Source: Eledone cirrhosa (lineage: Eukaryota). From it: a DNA stretch of 64,000 bases. Where the stretch lies: contig OZ024745.1 of NCBI GenBank assembly GCA_964016885.1, positions 62,992,001-63,056,000 of the forward strand, in the 5' to 3' direction. Under the pieces are notes generated by a model. That model did not search any database. It worked only from the letters and a program-made list of their open reading frames with translations, and was not told the DNA's origin. Positions 44,813-60,916 of this stretch are shown piece after piece. Made by a program: the position numbers and the translations under genes. Within the stretch, counting starts at the first letter, position 1, and every line of letters starts with the position of its first letter.

Positions 44813-45620
44813 CTGTGGCCTTAACTACAAATCTCTGGTGATTTGACTGAACGTTAACCTATGTTAGGTTCTCTTTGAGTTTATGGAAGGCGTAGTAAAC
44901 TTCTGTAACAAGGTTTAAGGTGGATTTTTAAAGTAAGTTATTTCTATTCTATGTTTTAGGTTCTTAAATGCGTACCTAATCTTTCACTATATTTTTGCAG
45001 TCACAAGATTTCTATGGTTAATGAGAGTGAAGAGGGCATCACCTCGGTAGATCCCAGCGCCTAGGCTGGGATGTCTCATCTTTGAGATCTCTCAGGATAA
45101 ATAATCAAAACAGATCCGTTATCTGAGCGGAGTAACTGAAGCCCATAGTGATATCAAACTATTCGGTTATCACTGCTGATCTAGATATCCCTGTCAAAAC
45201 GAATAAGGGTATTCCTAACAACGGGAATTATTTCAATCACATCGCGCGTGATGTCATAATGTGTTCTAGCATATATTACGGTCTTATTTAATAGTTTGGG
45301 AGAGATGGATGCGTAGTAAATGGCAGCTGTATGAAGCATTATCTTATTTTTGCTATGCAGTTGTATAAGCCATTCTATACGTCTCCTGTTCCGCACCACG
45401 GTGGTAATTTAGTCCAGTTCCTTAATGTAGGTAAAAATCGTATCCAAGATCTTTTGCTAAAAATTCCTATATCAGATCTTGATGAAACTCTGAGCCTAAC
45501 CGGTGTGTCGGACTCGAAGTTCTCTCTGTTCTCTTTAATTGTAATCTTAGGTTTTCTTGTACAATAGGGCACGATTCTATCCTCTATTTGAAGCTTGATA
45601 CCAATAGCATTATTCAATTC
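44812..45620 (-). pseudogene. Decayed Penelope-like element reverse transcriptase
   Basis: Colinear motifs on the minus strand: KPKITIKENRENFESDTPVRL..SRSDIGIFSK; YYASISPKLLNKTVIYARTHYDIT..IEII; FDITMGFSYSAQITDL (~45141-45158); GIYRGDAL (45032-45055, from GLYRDD); TLNLVTEVYYAFHKLKENLT*VNVQSNH. Confidence 0.85.
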
Positions 45621-45925
45621 GCTGATATGTATAGATATACGAGGGGTGACCGGTGAAGTCAACGGAAAAACGGACAAAACACAGTAAAGCCTCTTCTCAT
45701 CAGTATATCGTGGTGTTAGTACTTGAAGGCCGACATTTATAGTCCCAGTGCACATAGTACAGTAACAAATCGTAAACACTATAGCAGGTAGTATCAACCC
45801 CAAAGATCCGAAATCACGAGGAGCTCCAGAGGTTAACTGATAAGAAGGGACTCTCCTCTGTTTCGTCCGTTATTTTCATTAACTTTATAATTAATAATTA
45901 TTAGCCGGGTGGGACATTTTCCAAT

Positions 45926-46057
<132 letters not shown>

Positions 46058-46281
46058 TATTTATATATGGTGTATATGTGAGTGTGTATGTATGTGTGCG
46101 TGCGTGTGTTTATTTGTGTTTAGGTGTGTGGGTAGGTTCGGGTGCGTATGCATACGAACACACATACGCACATACAAACGCATATATATTAGTATACATG
46201 AAATACTCGTACGCTCCGCAGCCACCTCGGGTGTATATATATGCCTTTTTCTATCTTCATACAGCCACAGACAGACCCGTA

Positions 46282-46318
<37 letters not shown>

Positions 46319-46341
46319 TTATATTTATATATATATAAATA

Positions 46342-46377
<36 letters not shown>

Positions 46378-46384
46378 AATATAA

Positions 46385-46420
<36 letters not shown>

Positions 46421-46540
46421 GAAGGCGTGTGGCTGAGTGGTTAGAGAATTGGATTCGCAATCGTAAGGTTGTGAGTTCGATTCCTGGACCAGGCGATGCG
46501 TTATGTCCTTGAGCAAGAGACTTTATTTCACGTTACTCCT
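46421..46540 (+). mobile_element. tRNA(Arg)-like CORE-type SINE (family 2), 5' part
   Basis: A box TGGCTGAGTGG, TCG anticodon-like loop, B box GAGTTCGATTCC, GTCCTTGAGCAAGA.ACTT core. Confidence 0.85.
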
Positions 46541-46794
46541 TCTACCTGGAGTTGCGACCGATAGATAGTATTAGCAATTGGAAAGACCAACGGAAACATT
46601 GTTCCCTCGGTCCGATTTGACGAAAGTCGATCGTTCCTTTATATATATATATATATGTATATATATATGTGTGTGTGAGTGTGTGTGTATATATGTGTGT
46701 GGGGGGGGGGGGATACAGGTTGTCCCCAAAAATGTATACACACTTTCATTACCTGTACAGGCAATATTTATTAGAATGTTGTTGAAGTATGTAT

Positions 46795-46854
<60 letters not shown>

Positions 46855-47359
46855 TTATAGATTGATAATGAGAGTGGAGAGAGAGGGAAAGACATTGAGA
46901 GAGAGAGGGGGTTTAAATCTTGGTAGTTAAGACGACTAACATCCTATGTCTACTTAAGGGGCTACACTAACACTAGATTTTATATGCTTTTGTAGGTATT
47001 CATTGCCAGGTAGGTAAACTTACACCGGTTCGTTAGCAATTCTATAATCTTGTCCATCGAGCGAAAAATCGTATTCTCTCTCTCCACACACACACACACA
47101 TATATATATAAGATTAATTTGTATAGCTGCAATCGATCTGTCTGTAAATCGAAAACGTTGATCTTAGAAACGACTGAAAACAATAGATTAATTAAATATT
47201 TCACCATTATTTTTTCATTGTTTAACATAGTTTAACAATGAACTTGGATATCATCTTTCTACAAAAGCAGACTTATGTTTACTTCATTGCGATATACACA
47301 CCAAAAGACGACTGTTAAAATGGCTATAAATCCTACCGTGATTACGTAAAACACTGGAG

Positions 47360-47391
<32 letters not shown>

Positions 47392-47416
47392 CAATTTATG
47401 TACACCCTAAACACGT

Positions 47417-47543
<127 letters not shown>

Positions 47544-47638
47544 CATGTACATATATATATATATATATATAGGTGTATATATATATATATATATATATAT
47601 ACATACATATATACATATATATATATACATATATATAT

Positions 47639-48252
<614 letters not shown>

Positions 48253-48274
48253 TATATTTATATATATATATATT

Positions 48275-48375
<101 letters not shown>

Positions 48376-48376
48376 T

Positions 48377-48504
<128 letters not shown>

Positions 48505-49461
48505 TATAATTGTGTGTGTATGGCAATACATGCGAGAGAGTGTCGCCTACGTTTGCCTCAATTTAGGCAATGCCCTGTCTGTTAAGTTTGGGCCTGTTTG
48601 TTTGTCACTAAATGTGTGTTCGTGTCTATGTTTGACTGTGTGAGGAGTATGTGCTTGTGTATATGAATGCGTATGTGTTTCTGCGTGTTTATCTCTAAGA
48701 TTATAGGGATATCTTTCTAAACACCATTACAATTATCAATAGTTATATAAACACAACCACACTCAAGCACATAAAACCACACGCTTACAAACGCATACGC
48801 TCCTCACATATATACCTACGTGTGTGTTTATATGTAAGTATGTATATATTATACGTGTATACTTGTATATACGTATGAATAGAGAAATATATATTTATAA
48901 TCTAAATTAATCTGGACAGTATAATATAAGTCAAACTCATAGACGTATTTAATTAGTGGTAAAAATATCTACTCTCAAGTAAAGTTATGGCTTCGTGTGA
49001 ATGAAACCATGAAACCAACAGTGATAATCGACTTTAAATGTTCCACATAGAATAAAAATATATACCGCAAGTTAGATCATATGTGTGTGTTTGTATGTGT
49101 AATATTGTTAGTACATACAGGCAAGCATTGGTTTCACTGATATATCAAACAATATATATTTGTATCTGCATATTTCTATGAATATCTCAGTAAGACATAG
49201 TCTGATGTGTAATGAAAATGGAATAATTGTTAGCCTAACACGAAAACAATGAAGAACAGACCTGTTGACAGACTATTACACCAAACGACCACCAGACAGG
49301 TAGAATGATGGGTACACCGTCATTTGACATGAGACGGATAGACAATTTTATCGCTAACTTGCTAAACGACTGCCAGCTATACAGATAGTGAAGGGCATGC
49401 GCACACGCAAATAAACCTACAACACACACGTTCATATGTATACACACAGAAACACACACAA

Positions 49462-49496
<35 letters not shown>

Positions 49497-49543
49497 GCTG
49501 TCGAAACGGCCGGAGCTCAGCCGGCTGGGATCCTGCCTCTTTT

Positions 49544-49629
<86 letters not shown>

Positions 49630-49759
49630 TATATATATATATATACATATATTTATATATATATATACACTCCACCCCCACCCCCACTCTCAAGCGCGTG
49701 AACCTAATAAACGTTTATTTGTCTGCCTCTCTGTTTTGTTCCCGTCTAAATTTGCACTA

Positions 49760-49841
<82 letters not shown>

Positions 49842-50012
49842 ATATGTATATATATACATACATATACATATATATATATATACACATACATACATATATA
49901 TATGCGTGTGTGTGATATTGTGTACAAATATATAGGTAGATATGTTGATAGATAAAACAAATGGAAATTAAAGATCGAGATGACAGAGAAAGAGGGAGGG
50001 AGAGGTGGATAA

Positions 50013-50070
<58 letters not shown>

Positions 50071-50480
50071 GTGGGGGGGTGGGGGTGTTGGATCAGAGAG
50101 AGACGAAAGGAAAAAAGCGAGAGGTTAAAAAAAAGAGAGGGAGAGACGGTGAAAGAGGCAGCGCTAGACAAATACACATTCAAATGTTTATCTAAAACAG
50201 AATACAACGCCAATGCATATATTAATCTAAGATAACATAGCTCTAGTACACAGGCACAAGGCTAGAAAAACAGTCTAACCCAGAGATGCAGGCACAGGTA
50301 AACATATACACACACCAACTAAGAAATATATAAACAAAAGATTCCTCACGCAGTTACACTGAGTTGTACACACAGAGCATAGCTACATTGTAGTTCGGAC
50401 AAACACTCACACTAGCACTAGTGGGATAGATACAGATGTATTGCACACCAGGTGCTAAGCGACACCTATCCGAACAGGCA

Positions 50481-50545
<65 letters not shown>

Positions 50546-50781
50546 ACACAATCACACACACTAGCAAACATAAGTAAACGTAGATGCAATTCGATATTAA
50601 TGTGCCCGTAGCCCTTTGTACCGTTATGTTTTAAAGGAGTGAAATTAATTTTATGGTTAATCATGCCATAGAATAGCTGCGTCAGTACACACATATACAT
50701 GTAGGTAGGTATGTATGTAATGTATATATATATATATACATACATATATATATATACATATATACATATATACATATATAC

Positions 50782-50866
<85 letters not shown>

Positions 50867-50897
50867 TATATATATATGTTTATATACATATATATAC

Positions 50898-50932
<35 letters not shown>

Positions 50933-50977
50933 GGTATATATAGATAGATAGATAGATATGTGTGTTCATGTGTATGA

Positions 50978-51066
<89 letters not shown>

Positions 51067-51386
51067 ATAATAATAAATATATGGAGGGGGAAATAGATGT
51101 AAATTGATAAAATCTACACATGCATATACGTCTATAAATATACAAATATATATAAATGTGTATACTTATAGATATGCATATGTATATATACCTACACACA
51201 CACAAACACACACATACACATATATATATATTCGTTGAATAATTGATAAGTGGGGACTTGATGTTGACAACAAATTTAAGGGCGATTTGTTGACAGATTA
51301 ATTGATATGCAAAAACAGAGAATAAATAGGAAAGTAATGTATAGTATGAACGAAAGAACGAAGCATAAAATAGAAGGAAACATGGC

Positions 51387-51455
<69 letters not shown>

Positions 51456-51570
51456 CATATATATATATATATATATACATATATATACATATATATATAT
51501 ACATATATATATATGTATGTATATATGCACATATACACACTCACACATAACTTCGCACACACATATATAT

Positions 51571-51596
51571 GTCTGTAATCTCGCGAATCTTGTCCG

Positions 51597-51640
<44 letters not shown>

Positions 51641-51754
51641 CTCACAAGATTCCCGAGATTATATATATATATATATATTATAGGAGGTACATGACGTTGG
51701 GTGCTAGAAGTGAATTGCATCCTTATATACCGAATATATATATTAAAAGAACAG

Positions 51755-51844
<90 letters not shown>

Positions 51845-51855
51845 AATATATAAAT

Positions 51856-51912
<57 letters not shown>

Positions 51913-51925
51913 AATATATAAATAT

Positions 51926-52010
<85 letters not shown>

Positions 52011-52188
52011 TTTCAATATGTTTATTTTACAGGCATATATTAATAAAATTAAAAAAATCCTACAAAACGTAAAACAATAAATAATAACAATTGTTTCTAC
52101 TTTTGGCAAAAGGCCAGAAATTATTTCATAATAATATTAACAATAAATAATAATAATGATGGTGATGATAATAATACGATATCAAATG

Positions 52189-52247
<59 letters not shown>

Positions 52248-52721
52248 CGTGTGAATGATAAGTAAAATTTAAAAAAACCAAATCAAAGTCAACTTACTAA
52301 CGAAGCGATAGTCCGAAAGTATCAACAGCTCTTCTGAGAGACTGCGAACCTTTCATCACAGCGGAGTACTTTCCAACAGGTGTCTTCTCTGTCGCGTCTC
52401 TCTTAGCTTGCTTGTTCGCTTAGCCTTAACTCCCCACTTTCCTTATCATTCTTTCTCTATCTCTCTTTGTCATTCTTTCTTTCTTCCTCTCTCGTNNNNN
52501 NNNNNNNNNNNNNNNNNNNNNNNNNNNNNNNNNNNNNNNNNNNNNNNNNNNNNNNNNNNNNNNNNNNNNNNNNNNNNNNNNNNNNNNNNNNNNNNNNNNN
52601 NNNNNNNNNNNNNNNNNNNNNNNNNNNNNNNNNNNNNNNNNNNNNNNNNNNNNNNNNNNNNNNNNNNNNNNNNNNNNNNNNNNNNNNNNNNNNNNGTCTG
52701 TAATCTCGCGAATCTTGTCCG

Positions 52722-52755
<34 letters not shown>

Positions 52756-53115
52756 TATATATATAGGGCTCACAAGATTCCGAGATTATATATATATATA
52801 TATATTATGGAGGTACATGACGTTGGGTGCTAGAAGTGAATGCATCCTTATATACCGAATATATATATTAAAGAACAGATTATTATATATTATATATAGT
52901 ATATATATTATATACTATATAGTATATATATTTATATATATATATACTATATAAATATATAATATATAATATATATATATATATAATATATAAAATATAT
53001 ATATATAAATATATAATATATATATAAATATAATATATATATATATATAAATATATAATATATATATATATATATAATATATATAATACTATATATATAT
53101 AAATATATATATATA

Positions 53116-53166
<51 letters not shown>

Positions 53167-53661
53167 ATATATACAATTTTCAATATGTTTATTTTTACAG
53201 GCATATATTAATAAAATTAAAAAAATCCTACAAAACGTAAAACAATAAATAATAACAATTGTTTCTACTTTTGGCAAAAGGCCAGAAATTATTTCATAAT
53301 AATATTAACAATAAATAATAATAATGATGGTGATGATAATAATACGATATCAAATGACAACAACAACAACAACAACAACAACAACACAACAAACAACAAC
53401 AACAACAACAATCGTGTGAATGATAAGTAAAATTTAAAAAAACCAAATCAAAGTCAACTTACTAACGAAGCGATAGTCCGAAAGTATCAACAGCTCTTCT
53501 GAGAGACTGCGAACCTTTCATCACAGCGGAGTACTTTCCAACAGGTGTCTTCTCTGTCGCGTCTCTCTTAGCTTGCTTGTTCGCTTAGCCTTAACTCCCC
53601 CACTTTCTTATCATTCTTTCTCTCATCTCTCTTTGTCATTCTTTCTTTCTTCCTCTCTCGT
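51571..53661. other. 200-N scaffold gap (52496-52695) flanked by a duplicated ~925-bp segment; probable assembly overlap
   Basis: 51571-52495 recurs at 52696-53661, starting at the first base after the gap; differences are mostly small indels in repeats. Confidence 0.9.
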
Positions 53662-54159
53662 TCTCTCTCTCTCTGTCTCTGTTTCTTTAACTTTCTCTCT
53701 CTCTCCCCCCCATCTCTCTTTCTCTGTCTCTGGTCTCTCTCTTTCTCTCTCTTTTTCTCTCTGATTTCTTTCTTTTACTCTCTCTCTCTATTACTCTCAC
53801 TCCTCTTTTCCCTCTATCCTCTCCCCTCTCCTACTTTTTTCTGTTGTTCAATGTAACCCACACGCTTTGTTTTCACTTCTCTCTCTCTCTCTCTCCCCTC
53901 TCTCTCTCTCGCCCTTCGCTCTCTCGCTCTGTTTTATTTCTCATTCACACATGTACAAAGAGAGAGAAAGAGAGAGAGAGAGAAAGAGAGAGGGGGATAG
54001 AGAGAGGGGGGAGTGAGGGAGTGAGGGAGAGAGATGAGAGCGAGAGAGAGGGTGAGATACTCTATCTCACTTTATTTCTATTTTTTTCTCTGTCGTTTTC
54101 TCACACACATGTACGATGATTTTTCTCTCGTCTTACTCTCTCGGGTCGTTCGTTTCTGT

Positions 54160-54400
54160 GGATTGACATAACTTGTGGAGCACTCTGGCCGGACACTATT
54201 TATACCTTACTATATTTATTTATCTACATATCTTTAATTTCAGAGTTCAAATCCTGCCGAAAGCGACATTATACTTCATTTATGTAGCCGTCAACTGTAC
54301 TGAATGTGAGGGAGAATATCAACATAACCAGCTGTTCTTTCCCCCCGTTTCACCCCCAAATATGCGACCTTGTGCCTATGCTAAGAAATCATTACTATTT
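54160..54400 (+). mobile_element. Old diverged family-1-like SINE
   Basis: gagttcaaatcctgccga B box and gaccttgtgccta...agaaatcatta tail. Confidence 0.6.
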
Positions 54401-54606
54401 CTATCACATTTTCCCATAGTAATTGTTTTTCTCGTCTTTTTTTATATATCTTCACTTATTTTCAACGACATTTTTCTCATCCACACTTTCTTTCACTATT
54501 TTTCTTATTCGTTTTCATAGTTTGTCCTCTCAATTGATCATTTTTTTTCTCTTTCCTTACTTTCTCTCACTCACCCATCTCTCTTTCTCTTTCTCTCTCT
54601 CTCCTC

Positions 54607-54654
<48 letters not shown>

Positions 54655-54679
54655 CTCTCCTCTCTCTCTCTCTCACTCC

Positions 54680-54710
<31 letters not shown>

Positions 54711-55473
54711 ACTCTCTCTCTCTCTCACACTCACTCTCTCTCTCTCTCTCTCTCCACACAGCCACGTTCAGCTCATTCATTCATTCATTCTAACATTTTG
54801 ATATACATGTTCCGATCTTTCACACCAACTCTAACTGTATGTAGTATCTCTCCTATTTGCCTCACCACAGAGCCGGACTGGGCATGATTGACGACTCCAC
54901 CCCCCCACCCCAGCCTCTTCCTGCTATTTTCTTAACACAACTTAACAGATGAAGACATGCACATTTTCACAAAACAGAAACACATGCGTGTATATATTTA
55001 TTCATATTTTTTGCATGTCTATAACACTGTGCAATTCACACAGACACACACACACACATAATCACATATATTTAATGCTCTTGAGTGGTATTTTTTCTAG
55101 GACGTTTCTTAGAATAACTTGCGGAACGTATATATATATATTTCCCTTTACTCGAATATCCTTAAGTGCCATGTAATTGTAAGTGCCACAGAATTGCCAC
55201 GTATTCAAACTATCGCTTCCCATCTCTATCGCTGTGTTCCTGCATAGTCACAGCCCATGGGTCGCAACAGGTAAATTATCTAATACAATATTTGTATATG
55301 TGTGTGCCTGTGTATGTATATATATATGTCATGTATGTGTGTGCATGTGTATGTATATATGTCATGTATGTATGTATATATGTATGCAAGTGTGTATGTT
55401 TGTATGTATGTATATATGTATGTATGTGTGTGTGTATGATCATATTTTAAACATTCATTTGTATACATTTGTT

Positions 55474-55557
<84 letters not shown>

Positions 55558-55703
55558 ATATTTAAAGGTTAAACAAGGTTCAATGAATAAATCAAAGAAT
55601 TAGTTTTAAGGTATATAAATATTGAGTTTTGTCATATCTTACTAACTACCATGACTAGATCTTTAACCATCTACTATGTCAGGGTATGTCATGCATCATC
55701 TTG

Positions 55704-55766
55704 TTTTATCTGATGAGGACGTACTGTTGAAGTTAGCTCAGTACCTCTGAAATATGTATAATAAAA
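55704..55766 (+). ncRNA. Hammerhead ribozyme (family B) in a ~250-bp module between (TA)n tracts (55565-55812)
   Basis: UUUUAU-CUGAUGA-GGAcGUACUG..CAGUACcUCU-GAAA-UAUGUA-UA-AUAAAA. Confidence 0.8.
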
Positions 55767-55822
55767 TATACTTGATCACAAGAAGTTCTTTTTTTGTTAA
55801 TATTTTGAATTAATATATATAT

Positions 55823-55963
55823 ATAGGAAAATGTCTAACCCCGACGGCTTGAGCTCTGCTGTCGGGGTTAAACATTTTCCTATTAACCACCTCTACTACC
55901 TTAAGTATTGAGTACTCTGGTACGTTATGGACATCTGGTTCCTTACCACACTTCCTTCGTTAC
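55823..55963 (+). mobile_element. Short fold-back module related to the family-A tail
   Basis: Hairpin 55823-55883, then a GTATTGAGTAC-containing tail; TA on both sides. Confidence 0.6.
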
Positions 55964-56005
55964 ATATATATGTATATAGAGAGAGATAGTTAGATAGATA
56001 GATAT

Positions 56006-56069
<64 letters not shown>

Positions 56070-56377
56070 ATAGATAAAACACAATTTTATATTGTCTGTA
56101 TATTTCACTTCATAATCTCCCTATAACCTCCCTTGGTCAAGTCCGTGTTCATCATTACAACTTGCCGCTTCCTCTTTCCTACACTTTACCATTTCAATCT
56201 TCTTCCATTTTTTTCTCTCATTTTCGTTTGTTCAATCTCTTATTTGTTCAATCACTCTATCTTCACTGTGTTGCTTTCCCGCTATTTCTTTTTTCTTTCT
56301 ATACATCTTTCTAACGTTTTATCTCTTATATGTGTTCCTATTTCGTTCGTTCTCTCTTTCTCTCAATCTATTCATCT

Positions 56378-56561
<184 letters not shown>

Positions 56562-56945
56562 TTCTCTCTGTCTCTTTAATGTATCTTTTTTATCGCTTAC
56601 TCTTTCCAACCCACCTACGTTTCATCTCCCTAGTTTTCATCCACAATCCTTCCTAAACATTTGACCTTATCAAGCTCCCTACCATAATCAAACCTGATTC
56701 TTTTTTACCTTTCTTTTATCTTTCTGTTTCACTTTTCTTCACTTCCTTTATCCCTTGCTATCCAGGTAACTCTCTTAAACTCTCCCCTTCATTCTATATT
56801 TTTCGTTTCATGTATTATCTGTCATACCTGTCTATTGTATAATTTCATCGTTTGGCCTCCCACCTCACCCCTTGTCCCACTCGAACAACCATTCAGTAAT
56901 GTCTTATTTCTTTCTTTATATATATATATATATAATATTTCATTT

Positions 56946-57020
<75 letters not shown>

Positions 57021-57826
57021 TCTTCTCACTATATCTTAACTACTCCTTAAAATATGCTCTTTCTCCATCCCTCCCTTCCTCCCTCTCCTTCTCTTTCTTT
57101 CGCCCTTTCGCTATCTCTACTTCTTCCCGTCTCTTCCATCGTTTTTATTTTTTATTTTTTCATTCACTATTCATAACACCTTTATATATTTATCGATATA
57201 TTACATCAATAATGTTTTTTCTCTCTCTCCTACATAGCTTTATTCTTTAGAAAAGTAATTCTCCGAATCAACTACATCTACTACTTTTGCATTCGCTACT
57301 TGTTTCACCTAACCTTCCATGCATTCTTCAACCCATTTACTTATTCGTTTGTTCACATCATCATTCGCCTATTTGTTTATCTTTTCATCTAGGCTTCCTA
57401 CAATCAAAGCTACCATCAAACTATATCTTTATTCGTTCTTCCATCTATCTCGTTATCGCTTCGTCCATTCATCAATCTATCCATCCATCCTTCCGACCAT
57501 CCATCCATCTACGCGTCCACCCATTTTTCAAGTGATCCATCCATCTTCTAACCATCTATTTATTCATCTATTTATCTAATCATCCATGTTCCCATCTATT
57601 CGTTGATCCATTCAAATATATAACTATATATCCAGCCTTCTATCCAAACATGAAACAATTTTTTTTCTAGCCGCCTGTCTAATGAGCTACCTATCCATCC
57701 TCCCTCCTTCGACCCATCTATCAATCCAGCATTTCATCAAAAAAACCCATCCATTCATCCAGGCTTTCATCACACCACTTATCAACACATCTATATATTT
57801 CACTCTCTCTCTCTATTATATATATA

Positions 57827-58083
57827 GAAGACCAATAGTCGCCCATGCATACCAGTCTCCCCTTTCCACTCTCCACGCCACCGATGAGGTCCAAGGGAAA
57901 GGCAATGGCCGATACAGCTTGGCACCAGTGACGTCGCAACTCATTTCTACAGCTGAGTGAAGTGGATCAACGTGAAATAAAGTGTCTTGCTCAAGGAAAC
58001 AACACATCACCCGGTCCGAGAATTGAACTCACAACCTTTCGATTGCAAGCCCTATGGTCTAACCACTAAGCCATGCGCCTTCA
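57827..58083 (-). mobile_element. Full-length CORE-type SINE (family 2)
   Basis: Minus strand starts tgaaggcgcatggcttagtggttag...gagttcaattctc...tccttgagcaagacacttt; homologous to 46421-46540. Confidence 0.88.
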
Positions 58084-58110
58084 CATATACATATATGTAT
58101 ACAGACATAC

Positions 58111-58266
<156 letters not shown>

Positions 58267-58278
58267 ATATATATATAT

Positions 58279-58473
58279 AGTTTTAATATAGATGAGATTC
58301 TACAGGACTAGAACTGTTTCATTCATTAGAAATCATCAGGAGATTCCTGATGATTTCTAATTAATGAAACAGTTCTAGTCCTGTAGAATCTCATCTATAT
58401 TAAAACTGTTATACTCTGCTATGTATTGAGTACCTTACTTACTGTGGTTACCTCCGATTCAACCCGGAATAAC
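58279..58473 (+). mobile_element. Family-A fold-back module in (TA)n
   Basis: Arms 58279-58341 / 58345-58407 around a GAT loop, one mismatch seen; CTGATGA...GAAAC; tail to 58473. Confidence 0.88.
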
Positions 58474-58654
<181 letters not shown>

Positions 58655-58820
58655 CATATATATATCGGTATATATACATACACTTATATATATATGTATA
58701 TAAATACATATATATATTATATATGTGTATGTATGTAAAAGGTAAAAAGAAATAACAACACAGTCGGTACAATATATGGAAGAAATATATTAGATTAACG
58801 CTTGAAATAACACGAACAGG

Positions 58821-58858
58821 GTCTTAACGTTTCGGACACTAGTCCTTCATCGGGAGAA
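58821..58858 (-). ncRNA. Degenerate minimal hammerhead (PLE type)
   Basis: UCUc-CCGAUGA-aGGAC(UAGU)GUCC-GAAA-CGU-UA-AGA; U4C change; tail runs toward the TA tract. Confidence 0.6.
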
Positions 58859-59876
58859 ATAATGAGAAATTAGAAAGATTGAAGGGACGGGCGGGGCGGA
58901 AACGGACAAAATGTTTTAGAGAAAAATAACATTCATGTTGCCATATATATAACAATCTAACTTTCGATAAATTTATCAATTTCTTATTTGAACCCACATC
59001 GATTTTGAAGATCAATGCTCCAGTTGTACGATCCATGGAAAGGCTTACTAGCTAATGTAGGTATGAAATGATCCTACCTTTGAATTACAAGTACAAACCA
59101 TTCTATGGGCTTCTATACATCATTTCAATTTGACAAACAATTCTAGGATTCATCCGAAACTATGGTGATGTTCAATGAGATAATGTGCGATCTAAAGACA
59201 TCAAACTTGAGACGTCATGAATTTCAAGCAAGCTTAGCCGTTTGGTCCTGCTGCATCCGTGGTCTATCTATCTAAATTTCTGAAAGTCTGCCGCTTGTCT
59301 ATCTACCAAACAAATTCTGTGATCTTGAATTTGTGGTCCCCAAACGTAGATAGAAATAGGCCTTTATTAGTTATATATACCGGTCAAATATCCCTCGAAT
59401 TTTAGTCTACTCTTTCTAAAAGGATATATATACTGTTTACAGTCCTAGATACTCCATTTGCACTAAACATGAATGCGTCGTGCCATACATTTACCAAATC
59501 GAAGATGACACGGCTGTAAAAAGACACAATACGCCTACGCATACACACCAGCGCACACAAACATACGCACATACACACACACACAGATACGCACATATAA
59601 TCACACACAGAGAAACAAACAAACAAACACACACAAACCAACACACACACACAAACGCACGAACAAACATACGCACATACATAGAGACTCAGAGACTGCC
59701 AAAGAAGGAGCCTTTACCGGGTAACAACAACTGCCAGCAATAGCGGTTTAAATCTCCCGACAAACATAATCTACTATGTCAAAAAACAAGAATATATTTA
59801 AGAGAGAGGGTGGTCATGACAAGAATCCTTTTGAATATAATAAGGCTGCTTGATCAGCGCTGAATTCACTTAAAAT

Positions 59877-60060
59877 AATTGTTTCTACTTTAGGCACAAG
59901 GCCAGCAATTAACCAGTGCATTACTGGTACTTTATTTTATCGACCCCGTTAGGATGAAAGGTAAAGTCAACCTCGGCGGGATTTGAACTCAGATCGTAAA
60001 GGGACGTAACTATGCTGGAAAGCATGGCGTCCGACCCTCTACCGATACTGCCAATCCACC
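59877..60060 (-). mobile_element. Full-length SINE family 1
   Basis: Complete head to tail; AAAATAAT on both sides. Confidence 0.9.
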
Positions 60061-60498
60061 GAAAATAATATCATATATAAACACATTAGCTACATCATAT
60101 CACGATCTCTATCGCCGTCTTGTTATCAACCCCTTCTCTCTATCTTATTCTCTCTCTCATTCACTACTTCTCTTTATTCACCCATCATGCAGAACATTCA
60201 TAACTTTTATCTATTTTCTTCTATTCACATTCTATCGTTTGTTTACAGTTGTGTTCATCATTCATTCGGATCATCAATCGATGTGACTAGTGACAGCCTC
60301 TAACTCTCACTCTCTCTCTCTCTCTCTCACACACTATCCAACGTAATCGCCTTTGCTTTCCTTCGTTCCTCGTTCCTTTATACGAGTCTCTACGACAATC
60401 ACTCTTTACATATACATGGGCGCAAATGTTTATTTTTTATGAATGCGTGTTTATATATATACAGGTATATATATGTGTGTGTGTGTGTGTGTGGGTGT

Positions 60499-60555
<57 letters not shown>

Positions 60556-60665
60556 TGCCCTAATAATACCATTAAATGATTTAACTGGCAAACAGCCGGT
60601 AACTATAGTATCACTCGTACCTAACACACACACACACACACATGTAATTATATACTGTATATATA

Positions 60666-60735
<70 letters not shown>

Positions 60736-60770
60736 GTATCTATATATATATGTTTGTGTATATATCTATA

Positions 60771-60841
<71 letters not shown>

Positions 60842-60866
60842 TATATATATATATATATACTGTATG

Positions 60867-60897
<31 letters not shown>

Positions 60898-60916
60898 TTT
60901 ATATATATATATATAT

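Noticed and set aside
45835-45880. CTGATAA-GAAGGGA..TCCTCT hammerhead-like start
   Set aside because: Core altered and no GAAA after the stem
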